IMG/VR virus record: IMGVR_UViG_3300045988_048443
Source of the DNA: a virus
Reading direction: 5' to 3' (one strand)
Length of the DNA: 64,000 bases
Below are positions 55,507-63,777 of the stretch, one piece after another (the stretch's first letter is position 1; every line of letters starts with the position of its first letter). The notes under the pieces are model-generated. The model had not been told where the DNA came from, searched no databases, and saw nothing but the letters and a program-made list of their open reading frames with translations. Both the position numbers and the translations under genes were made by a program.

Positions 55507-57776
55507 TATTCTTCTTCATTATCAAATAAACTATTATACATACCAAAGTTCTTCTTTAATAGAGCTTTTCCACTAAGAGTTTTATTCTTTGCATTACCTT
55601 TCTGATTAGGACTTATTCCAAGCTTAATAGGATTGATAATCTTGTAAGCTTCTTCATAATAATAAGCATAATTTATGTTACGCTCACTAATATTTTTATC
55701 ATCAAGTAAATTAAGAATTTGTACTGGTTTACCACTAGCTAAAACACTACGTTTACCAGTAAGTTTGTGTTCTTTCATAATCACAACTCCTCTAGTAGAT
55801 ACATAAAATCTAACATGAGGTTGACTACGAACTTCAACACGCTTTTCATCTACTACTTTTTCATAGACAACTTCAAACTGTTTACCAACATTTTGAGTTT
55901 TACAAAAATCAAGAACATCTTTATGATTACAAAGAGTTTCCATTACAGATGTACCATGAGCAAAATACTCAAATACAGCAGTAGCCACAATAGGCATATC
56001 ATAACCTTTTTTAAGGTCTTTGATATACTGCTTTGGGTCAAGAGCACCTTTATACTCAAGTTTATCGTTACTTTGAATATCAAAATAGTTATTCACATTA
56101 AGACTAACAAGCATCTTATAATGTTCATCATCAGCAGACATTCTATTAGTCTCATTCCATTCCTTACAAATTTGATTATAAACATCAATTTTATCATAAG
56201 GAAGCTTTATAACAATACCATCTGTATTAGCACTAACAACATGTATTCCGGCAAGTTCAAGAGATTCACAAAGAGTCATTGTCATTAACTGACCATTAAT
56301 AGTAACTCTCATTTGTGCAAGTCTATCATAAAGCCAATAATTTTCATAACCATATTTGCCATAAATAGCATTGATTACAATCTTTAATGCTTCAGCTGCT
56401 AGACTATTATGTACACCAGGAACTACAAAACCATCTTCATCCTTAGTATGTTTACACTTAACACGCGTTTGTTTAAAGTAATTTACCATGTTTACAAACA
56501 CCTTAGTATTAAGATGTTCAGGTACTACTTCATAGCTAATCATTATACTCGGATAGTAGGATGTATAATCATGATGAACATAAACATATTTATTAGTACT
56601 TTTAAGTATTACAGGCTTATCTTGAGTATGAATACCTCCAGTAGCTAGAGTATATGTTGTACCATAAAAATCTATTTCACGTACAAAACTATCTTTATTA
56701 GTTCTATATATTACAACTTTCTTCATTTCTTCAAGTAAATCTTGAAGTTGTTTAGTCTTAAACTTAATATGAGGAAATATAATACGTTTAAACGATAAAG
56801 CAGTTCGTTGAGTACGAAGATTTTTAAAAGCATCTTCTTTAAGTCCACTACGTTCAGAATAGAACTTATTAAGAAGTTTATCAGCAATATTACTTCTAGC
56901 ACTACATAGAAGATTAAGTTTAAAAGCATGACCTAGACTATATCTAAGTTTAATCTCATCAGGTTTTTGTCTAGCTATCTCACAAACAAGAAATACATCA
57001 TTCTTATTATAATGAAGCATAGGCTTTATATATTTAGGCATAAGATACCTATTAAAGTCAGCAACAAACAAATGATTTAATTGTTCATTAGTCATACCTT
57101 TATATTCATCTTTTTTCCTATATACATCACCTTCTTCATCATCTATTGGAGGTAACTTAAAATCAAGAAGATTATACCATTTAAGATTAATACTAACTTG
57201 CTTCAAACTTTTACCATACTTCTTACGTTCACCAGTATCTTTATCTACATTTACTCCAGCAGAATTAAGAGCATAAACTTTAAACAAATCAACAGTTACA
57301 TAAGGTAATCTATACTTACGAATAACATTAAGTAGAGGGTCATTCCATAAAGCGTCTTTATCATCTTGTAGAGATATTAGTTTATTATTCACTTCTTTAA
57401 GAAATGAACAAAGTTGTTTACTAGTATCAAAACGATTCCAATACATAAGGAAAGCTCTAGTCATCATATCATCATAAGCTTGATTGTTATAGCCAAATAA
57501 ATCATATCTGTCTACAGTACCATCATCTTTAGTTATAGGACGCATCTTCTCAAAGAAGTCTATCAGTTCTAACATCTGTGAATCATCTGTATCAGTAACA
57601 TAAAATATCCAACTCTTTACACTATCAAGTCTAGACTTAATTTCTTCAACTGTTAAAGTATCAGTTAAAGCACCTTTACAATCTGCAAATTTATCAAGAT
57701 AATCTCTAACATCTACAAAAGTAAATGAAATCATATTCTCAAATACTTCTAAGTCTACAGCTAAACTATGAATCAT
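55506..57776 (-). CDS. Family B DNA polymerase
   Basis: Exo I VDLEVFEN. Motif A DYTSYYPSIM (DxxSLYPS). Motif B KIVINAIYGKYG (KxxxNSxYG). Motif C SANTDGIV (DTD). Confidence 0.85.
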   Translation of the reverse strand: MIHSLAVDLEVFENMISFTFVDVRDYLDKFADCKGALTDTLTVEEIKSRLDSVKSWIFYVTDTDDSQMLELIDFFEKMRPITKDDGTVDRYDLFGYNNQAYDDMMTRAFLMYWNRFDTSKQLCSFLKEVNNKLISLQDDKDALWNDPLLNVIRKYRLPYVTVDLFKVYALNSAGVNVDKDTGERKKYGKSLKQVSINLKWYNLLDFKLPPIDDEEGDVYRKKDEYKGMTNEQLNHLFVADFNRYLMPKYIKPMLHYNKNDVFLVCEIARQKPDEIKLRYSLGHAFKLNLLCSARSNIADKLLNKFYSERSGLKEDAFKNLRTQRTALSFKRIIFPHIKFKTKQLQDLLEEMKKVVIYRTNKDSFVREIDFYGTTYTLATGGIHTQDKPVILKSTNKYVYVHHDYTSYYPSIMISYEVVPEHLNTKVFVNMVNYFKQTRVKCKHTKDEDGFVVPGVHNSLAAEALKIVINAIYGKYGYENYWLYDRLAQMRVTINGQLMTMTLCESLELAGIHVVSANTDGIVIKLPYDKIDVYNQICKEWNETNRMSADDEHYKMLVSLNVNNYFDIQSNDKLEYKGALDPKQYIKDLKKGYDMPIVATAVFEYFAHGTSVMETLCNHKDVLDFCKTQNVGKQFEVVYEKVVDEKRVEVRSQPHVRFYVSTRGVVIMKEHKLTGKRSVLASGKPVQILNLLDDKNISERNINYAYYYEEAYKIINPIKLGISPNQKGNAKNKTLSGKALLKKNFGMYNSLFDNEEE

Positions 57777-58335
57777 TTATTAATTTAATTATTTCCATTC
57801 CATTATAATTATTATCTTTATTAGCAGTAAGCCATTTAACTAGACGATTACGAAATTCATCGTATTTAGTATCATCTATAAACTTAATAAAAGGAGAGTA
57901 ATTTGTACTATAAACATAAGGAGCTATATAATATAGTTTATCTTTACCTTTAGTAATATCAAAACCAAAATTAGTAGCAGCATTACCAAGAAGCATTATC
58001 TTCTTGATATTATTAATTCTAATATCAGCAAATGTATGAAGCATACATCTATTAGCTATATATTGATTTACAGGACAACGTTCGTCAAGCTTACAACGGA
58101 TAAGAGGAACAATATAGGGGTCTAGTTGTTCTAGACCCCCCGTAAGAGATGTGATAGTTTCCTTTACTATTTCCACATACTTACTAAACGTCATTCCTCT
58201 ATTCTTATAAGCATTGTAATCAACATTAGGTACAACAATAATCATACCTGACATTGGATTACCAATACCATCAAAACATTTGCACTTAGTATTAAACATA
58301 CCTAAAGCACAATTATCACATACTTTAGGAATCAT
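57766..58335 (-). CDS. Uracil-DNA glycosylase superfamily-like protein (divergent family 4-like)
   Basis: The N-terminus (CDNCAL...GIGNPMSGMIIVVPNVD) parallels the family-4 UDG layout C..C.L...G.G....lmivGEaPG, but the catalytic residues are diverged. The gene is adjacent to the polymerase gene. Confidence 0.4.
   Translation of the reverse strand: MIPKVCDNCALGMFNTKCKCFDGIGNPMSGMIIVVPNVDYNAYKNRGMTFSKYVEIVKETITSLTGGLEQLDPYIVPLIRCKLDERCPVNQYIANRCMLHTFADIRINNIKKIMLLGNAATNFGFDITKGKDKLYYIAPYVYSTNYSPFIKFIDDTKYDEFRNRLVKWLTANKDNNYNGMEIIKLINDS
58136..58153 (+). repeat. GC-motif copy (C6 variant), antisense to its host CDS
   Basis: CCCCCCGTAAGAGATGTG. It encodes S-L-T-G-G-L. Its C-run also pairs with GGGGTCTAG at 58117-58125. 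Confidence 0.85.
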
Positions 58336-58347
58336 AATTACTTACCA

Positions 58348-58461
58348 TCAACGATAATAACCAAGAGTACCTCCAGGATATTTACTAATAGTCATAAGAC
58401 TAGGAAAGTTACAACCGTTTTCAATACGCTTACGAGCTTTAATTTTATCACTTCTTTTCAT
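58348..58461 (-). CDS. Possible small basic ORF (37 aa), below the ORF-track cutoff
   Basis: ATG at 58461, TGA at 58348-58350 (MKRSDKIKARKRIENGCNF...). It fills an otherwise empty 130-nt gap. Confidence 0.3.
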   Translation of the reverse strand: MKRSDKIKARKRIENGCNFPSLMTISKYPGGTLGYYR

Positions 58462-58467
58462 AATTAA

Positions 58468-58863
58468 TTAATCTTTACTAGGTTCAACATAATCTTCTAC
58501 TTTATCATAATGATTAACATTATAATTGTCATAAATAGAAGCACTAAACATGTATATATTATCACGTTTACCCCAAGTTTTATCTAGTTTACGTTTGTAG
58601 CCATAAACACTAACTCTACCATCAACAGTGGCATCAATTTTAGCAACTTTATAATATTGACGTTTAAGACCCCAAGCATTATTATTTTCAGTTACATAAA
58701 CATCACCAACTTTGATTGGGCAATTAGCAAGAATATCAGCACATGCTTCTTCATTAAGAGCTTTCATGTTATTTTTATATTCAGCTTCTATTTCTTCCTT
58801 TTTACTAATGTAACATTGAACACGTTCATTAAAAGAAAGTTTACTAGGTGGATTACAACACAT
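58468..58863 (-). CDS. Hypothetical protein
   Basis: 131-aa ORF. Confidence 0.55.
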   Translation of the reverse strand: MCCNPPSKLSFNERVQCYISKKEEIEAEYKNNMKALNEEACADILANCPIKVGDVYVTENNNAWGLKRQYYKVAKIDATVDGRVSVYGYKRKLDKTWGKRDNIYMFSASIYDNYNVNHYDKVEDYVEPSKD

Positions 58864-58943
58864 TTTATTTAATATTTTAATTTTTAATTGAGCGCATCAA
58901 ATAATTTTCGTGATTAATTAATCGACTAAACTATTCAAATCGC

Positions 58944-59276
58944 TTAAAACTCAACGAAATTGTCATCTGATGAATTTGGTATCACTTCAATGTTCCATTC
59001 TGCCAGCGAAAACTCAACACTTTCATAAACATAATCAGGACGAATAACAACACCTTTATGATAATTACCATCAATAACAACAATAGTAGCATCTAAGAGA
59101 GTACCGATAACAGTACGACTATTATCTTTTTTGGTTAACTTTACAGTATCACCAAGGTTCAAATCATTTTCATCAAGAATACCATTAGATATAGTATCTT
59201 TAATTCTAGCTACATCTTGTTCTTTTTGTTTAAGAACATGAACTAGTCTAACAAAGCTATTATTATCAATATCCAT
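58944..59276 (-). CDS. Hypothetical protein
   Basis: 110-aa ORF overlapping the helicase gene end by 11 nt. Confidence 0.55.
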   Translation of the reverse strand: MDIDNNSFVRLVHVLKQKEQDVARIKDTISNGILDENDLNLGDTVKLTKKDNSRTVIGTLLDATIVVIDGNYHKGVVIRPDYVYESVEFSLAEWNIEVIPNSSDDNFVEF

Positions 59277-60759
59277 ATCTTAAATATACTTTTTCTTTAG
59301 CTCTACTAACAGCAACATAAAGTCGCTTATTAATATCACTAGCATTAGTGTATGGTCTACCATATTTATCATAAACAATATCCATAACATCTACCATGCT
59401 TACATTATAAGTTGAGCCTTGCGATTTATGACTGCTTATTGCAAAACCATAATCTAAATCTCTATAATAAAGAATAGAACCATCAGGTCTACCAATATTA
59501 ACAAGAAGAAGACATGATTCTTTAAATTTATAATAAGCTTTCCATTTAGAAGCACGAATATCTTTACGAGCATTCTTAGCTTGTTGAATTAAATCATCAG
59601 CAATTTTACAATACATAGCCATAGTATATTTATCTCTATGGTCTATAATAAATAATGGAGAAGTAACTTGACCACCAAATACAGCTTGAAATTTAACCAT
59701 GAAACCTTTAAGCTCATATTGTGGATGAGTATAATTAGCTATCTCTTTTACAATATAATCTTCACTATTCTGAATAATTGCATCATTAAATTGGTCAACA
59801 ATAGTAACATAAGAAGTAATTAAATCATTCTTAGTAATAACAGATTTTTCACTGTCTTTAATTATACTTTCTCTAATAAATTTATTCCAATTAGAAACAG
59901 CTTTATTAGTATAAGATATAACTTTAACATAATCAGTATTACGAGTAATTGCTTCATCGCTAAATTGTTTCACAACTTCTTGTTGAAATTGAGCAGAATT
60001 ACAAACTACAAATCCTTTAGTCATAGTATTATCAAATTTACTACGATTACGAGATATATAATTTAGGAAGTTAAAAGTTCCATTATAAACATCACCACGA
60101 AGAAGTTCAGTAAGAGTTCTTATAGGATTATCTTCATCTTGTCGTACAATCTGTGTAAGTCTGAAAGATGTAACGCCTTTAAAAGCATAACTATCCTTCT
60201 CATTTACGGGCGGGATTTGTGCATCATCACCACATAGTATAAGTTTAATACTATACTTCTTCATCATCTTATCAATATAAGTAACAAGACTACGATTAAG
60301 CATAGAACTTTCATCTACTATATATAGACGATAATCTTCAATCTTTATACGACCATAAGAAGCAAAAGTAACATTATTAATATCAAACTTTTCAATATCA
60401 TAATTAGGTTTAAAACCAAAATCAGATTGAATAGTATTAACATTACAATGAGTACCTCTAATACTATTTTTAAGAACTCTACAAGCTTTATGACTTGGAG
60501 CACTTAAACCTATTTCAGAGAATGGTATATTACAATCTTGAAGTAAAGCTTTAAGAAGAAAAGTTTTACCAGTACCACCAGGACCAATTAAAGCACGCTT
60601 AAAATCTTTAGGATTATAAGGTTCATTAATAAACTTAATAAGTCCATTATAAGCTTTTGTTTGGTCATCTGTAAAAGTAAACTTTTTAGCTCTATCTCTA
60701 GTCATATTAGGAGTATTTATAGGTATAGCTCCAAATGTAAGTTCATCTTCATTGTGCAT
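59266..60759 (-). CDS. SF1 DNA helicase (Dda/RecD-like)
   Basis: Walker A GPGGTGKT. Walker B YIVDESSM. Motif III CGDDAQIPPV. Motif V SSHKSQGSTY. Motif VI LYVAVSRAKEKVY. Confidence 0.85.
   Translation of the reverse strand: MHNEDELTFGAIPINTPNMTRDRAKKFTFTDDQTKAYNGLIKFINEPYNPKDFKRALIGPGGTGKTFLLKALLQDCNIPFSEIGLSAPSHKACRVLKNSIRGTHCNVNTIQSDFGFKPNYDIEKFDINNVTFASYGRIKIEDYRLYIVDESSMLNRSLVTYIDKMMKKYSIKLILCGDDAQIPPVNEKDSYAFKGVTSFRLTQIVRQDEDNPIRTLTELLRGDVYNGTFNFLNYISRNRSKFDNTMTKGFVVCNSAQFQQEVVKQFSDEAITRNTDYVKVISYTNKAVSNWNKFIRESIIKDSEKSVITKNDLITSYVTIVDQFNDAIIQNSEDYIVKEIANYTHPQYELKGFMVKFQAVFGGQVTSPLFIIDHRDKYTMAMYCKIADDLIQQAKNARKDIRASKWKAYYKFKESCLLLVNIGRPDGSILYYRDLDYGFAISSHKSQGSTYNVSMVDVMDIVYDKYGRPYTNASDINKRLYVAVSRAKEKVYLRYGY
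60205..60214 (-). repeat. Decayed GC-motif copy inside the helicase motif III codons
   Basis: TACGGGCGGG; the reverse complement reads CCCGCCCGTAAATGAG. It encodes I-P-P-V-N-E in the same P-V frame as the other co-oriented copies. This may be coincidental, because PPV is a conserved helicase motif. Confidence 0.35.
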
Positions 60760-61268
60760 TATATATCCTCCTCATCATCTATTAAATGTTTAACATTATA
60801 ATCATGACCAACTAGAGTTAAAATTCTATTGAATTTAGCATAAAGCTTACCATCAATTCTAACAATCCAACAAGAACAAATCCAATTATGACAAAAAGGT
60901 ACATAACGATTAGGGTCTGCTTTCTTGAATATTCTATCACTTTCACTAAGAAGTAAACTAATATATTGTCTGTTTCTTTGACCAACTCTAGTAAATATAC
61001 GTTCACATTTAGTTAAATCATAAGAATCTTTAGTAAAAGGAAGAGTTACTCCATCTTTACCTATATCACTTATATTAGTATCTTTGGTAAGTCTATTAAT
61101 ATAATCAAAGTATTTAATACGAACAGTAAAATTACCTTGTTCATCTTGAATAACTTGACCAGGAACTAATTTAGTTAACTTCTTATTAGGAAGTACAGTT
61201 GGTGCTCTACGTTTAGTAGAAGCTTTAGGCTTAAATACAAATTTAAGCTTAGAATAATCTACATTCAT
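60759..61268 (-). CDS. Hypothetical protein
   Basis: 169-aa ORF sharing 1 nt (60759) with the helicase gene start. Confidence 0.55.
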   Translation of the reverse strand: MNVDYSKLKFVFKPKASTKRRAPTVLPNKKLTKLVPGQVIQDEQGNFTVRIKYFDYINRLTKDTNISDIGKDGVTLPFTKDSYDLTKCERIFTRVGQRNRQYISLLLSESDRIFKKADPNRYVPFCHNWICSCWIVRIDGKLYAKFNRILTLVGHDYNVKHLIDDEEDI

Positions 61269-61537
61269 TTCTTCTTATTTGTTAGTTTATGTTCTTTCTT
61301 AATCTTCTTAGCTTCTCTAGCACTTACAGTAGCATCTTCAAAATTAAGATTAGAAGGCTTAATAGTATTACTACCACGATTAATCACATATCCACAATAA
61401 TGGACAAGAAAATCAATTCTTCCCCAAGTACGAATACCAATAACTGCATTAATTGGAATGATAATACAATTACCATCAATCTTTGCAATACGTGATACAC
61501 ACTTTAAATCCTTTCTTTCATCATGTTTCTTTGCCAT
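61265..61537 (-). CDS. Hypothetical basic protein
   Basis: 90-aa ORF with a 4-nt overlap. Confidence 0.5.
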   Translation of the reverse strand: MAKKHDERKDLKCVSRIAKIDGNCIIIPINAVIGIRTWGRIDFLVHYCGYVINRGSNTIKPSNLNFEDATVSAREAKKIKKEHKLTNKKK

Positions 61538-61589
61538 TTTACAAAAAGTTTAATTAATTAATACTATTATTACTTCATCAATAAGATGA

Positions 61590-61895
61590 TTATATTTTCT
61601 TTATATCTTCTATATTACAATAAATATATGTAGTTTTATCTGTAAAACACATAACTCTTGGTGTTTTATTTCTATCTATTATTATTCTGTATATTACAGC
61701 ACCAATATGAGATTTTCCATAAATATTTTTATTTACATTACAGATAACTTTATCGTCTACTTGTAGAGGAATATGATTATCATTAAAGAATTTATTAGTT
61801 AAATTCTTAATTCTATTATTATAATCAATACGAGCAGTATCCGCTTCTTTAATAAAATAAGAAACAGTTTCTTCTTTAATATTTTCCATAATCAT
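61590..61895 (-). CDS. Hypothetical protein
   Basis: 101-aa ORF. Confidence 0.5.
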   Translation of the reverse strand: MIMENIKEETVSYFIKEADTARIDYNNRIKNLTNKFFNDNHIPLQVDDKVICNVNKNIYGKSHIGAVIYRIIIDRNKTPRVMCFTDKTTYIYCNIEDIKKI

Positions 61896-62215
61896 TAAAA
61901 TAAATCGTTTAATTTATATTCTTTTTCAACTTTATAATCAGTATGGTCTTGATATGAATAACCAATTAATATAACTTCATTATTTTCATTAATTCTAGCA
62001 CTAATTGGTTCAAAACGTACAGGAGTACAAACTATATCTATAGTTTTATTAGAAGTAATATTATTCTCTATAAGAATTTTTCTACCTACTTCACGCAAAC
62101 CTTTATTATAAGCTTCCATAAGTTTATTTTTAAACTTATCGTCATTACAATTATTTGCTCTACTTTTAAAATATTCAAAAGGAGCAATAGCTGTTATATA
62201 TTCTTCATATTTCAT
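61895..62215 (-). CDS. Hypothetical protein
   Basis: 106-aa ORF with a 1-nt overlap. Confidence 0.5.
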   Translation of the reverse strand: MKYEEYITAIAPFEYFKSRANNCNDDKFKNKLMEAYNKGLREVGRKILIENNITSNKTIDIVCTPVRFEPISARINENNEVILIGYSYQDHTDYKVEKEYKLNDLF

Positions 62216-62239
62216 AACTTTATTATTTTATTTATTAGG

Positions 62240-62290
62240 AGTTCTGCTTGGTTTCGCACCATAAGCCGTATTACTACACTTAGCAGAACT
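62240..62290. other. Intergenic hairpin (9-bp stem, 33-nt loop)
   Basis: AGTTCTGCT (62240-62248) pairs with AGCAGAACT (62282-62290). No T-run follows on either strand. It lies next to the GC-motif copy at 62303. Confidence 0.5.
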
Positions 62291-62298
62291 TAATTACT

Positions 62299-62640
62299 CT
62301 AGCCTCCCCGTAGAGAAGTTAGCATACAATTGTTTTCCTTTTCTAACTTATCACATATATTAAGTATGAAATTAATACCAGCATGTCTAACATCAATTAT
62401 ATCTTTAATTACAGTAGTCATATCATGCTGACTTAATCTCATAAGATAATATATAGTTCTAAAACCTCTACGAGTATTAAGAGGAAAGTTATAAGGAATA
62501 ACATAACCTTTACGTTTTGAAGAATGTTTATAAAAGTCTTTTTTATCAACATAACCATTACATTGTACAACTTCTCCAAAATCAGGTGGACAACAATGTC
62601 TTGTATCAAACTGATAAAGACAACTATTACATAGTATCAT
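62299..62640 (-). CDS. Hypothetical Cys-rich protein
   Basis: 113 aa. N-terminal CNSC...HCCPP...C cluster, possibly metal-binding. The C-terminus ...TSLRGG is encoded by a GC-motif copy. Confidence 0.5.
   Translation of the reverse strand: MILCNSCLYQFDTRHCCPPDFGEVVQCNGYVDKKDFYKHSSKRKGYVIPYNFPLNTRRGFRTIYYLMRLSQHDMTTVIKDIIDVRHAGINFILNICDKLEKENNCMLTSLRGG
62303..62318 (+). repeat. GC-motif copy, antisense, forming the last codons of a CDS
   Basis: CCTCCCCGTAGAGAAG. It encodes S-L-R-G-G-stop. Confidence 0.8.
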
Positions 62641-62813
62641 AGTCTACCCTTTCTTCTTCTAATAGCTCTACGTCTACTTTCTCTACGTTGAGCTTTACCG
62701 TCAGGAAAACTATCATTACAACATTGCATACCACCACCATTTTCAGGAAACATTATATGACTAGTATTATAATAGTTCCTAACATTACCTACATATAAAT
62801 CTTCGTCACCCAT
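62637..62813 (-). CDS. Possible small ORF (58 aa), below the ORF-track cutoff
   Basis: ATG at 62813. Its TGA stop overlaps the next gene's start as ATGA (62637-62640). Basic C-terminus RRESRRRAIRRRKGRL. Confidence 0.4.
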   Translation of the reverse strand: MGDEDLYVGNVRNYYNTSHIMFPENGGGMQCCNDSFPDGKAQRRESRRRAIRRRKGRL

Positions 62814-62818
62814 AATTT

Positions 62819-62986
62819 TTATATTTTAAAATCTCTTTCTATTTTAACATTACTATTATGATGAAGACTAATAGAACGTAAATAACGTTGAACAGCATTT
62901 TTAATACCACAATATAAAATTGTTGCATTATACTTATCATCTTCATCGTCAACTTTAACAGTTATATTATATTTATACAAACTCAT
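62819..62986 (-). CDS. Possible small ORF (55 aa), below the ORF-track cutoff
   Basis: Its ATG overlaps the upstream gene's TGA stop as ATGA (62983-62986). TAA at 62819-62821. Confidence 0.4.
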   Translation of the reverse strand: MSLYKYNITVKVDDEDDKYNATILYCGIKNAVQRYLRSISLHHNSNVKIERDFKI

Positions 62987-63777
62987 AATTTAAATATCAT
63001 ATCAAGAACATCTCTAAAATTAGGATTATCTATTACATACTGTGCATCAGCTTCATTTTTAAATACTGGATTACCATAATAAGTATAAACAGAATTTTCA
63101 ATTTTACAAACTGAATAATGTGGTTCTTCTACAAATTTATAATAAGCAATAGCATAACCTACATCTTCTTTAGTAACATTATATTCCCAATAACCATTAA
63201 AGTATTTAGCAATATCCATTAAATTAGCTAAAGCAACTAATTTACTATCACTAAAATGTTTAATAGCATCGCGATGTGTAACATGATTACTTTCTTTAGC
63301 TAATTTATACAGTTGTTCAATAGTCAACCATTTACGTCTAAAACGAATAATACCTTTAGACAAATCACTAGATTCTACGTCAATTTCATGACCATTAGGT
63401 AAAACAACTTCTATAGGTCTTAATTGAGTAGGATTATTATATACCCATAAAGGTGAAATCGTATAATATTCATATTTAGAATTATCTTTAGAATCATCTT
63501 TAGAATCATCTTTAGGAATTTCTACAAATACTACAGATTTTTTGTCAAGTCTTCTAAGACTTGAACATTCACCAAATATATTAATTCTTTTATCTCTAGA
63601 TAAAGCATCATCATTTCTATCACCAGCAGATATATCACTACTAGAACAAATAGTAGCAAGAGAACAATCGCAACAAGAGTTACTTTCTCTTACTTCATAT
63701 AATTTGTTCATGTATTCAATCTTAGTATCAATATCAAACGCTTTACCTCTTTCATTGTTACTTCTATTTGATGGCAT
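62983..63777 (-). CDS. Hypothetical protein with a short DDSK tandem repeat
   Basis: 264-aa ORF. KDDSKDDSKDNSK is encoded by a 12-bp unit repeated about 2.8 times at 63484-63517. Confidence 0.55.
   Translation of the reverse strand: MPSNRSNNERGKAFDIDTKIEYMNKLYEVRESNSCCDCSLATICSSSDISAGDRNDDALSRDKRINIFGECSSLRRLDKKSVVFVEIPKDDSKDDSKDNSKYEYYTISPLWVYNNPTQLRPIEVVLPNGHEIDVESSDLSKGIIRFRRKWLTIEQLYKLAKESNHVTHRDAIKHFSDSKLVALANLMDIAKYFNGYWEYNVTKEDVGYAIAYYKFVEEPHYSVCKIENSVYTYYGNPVFKNEADAQYVIDNPNFRDVLDMIFKL

Noticed and set aside
62299-62640. C-terminal ...LRGG-stop, reminiscent of the ubiquitin C-terminus (Bacteroides are known to carry ubiquitin-like genes)
   Set aside because: The rest of the 113-aa Cys-rich protein bears no resemblance to a ubiquitin fold sequence. 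The LRGG codons are simply an antisense copy of the GC motif (62303-62318).
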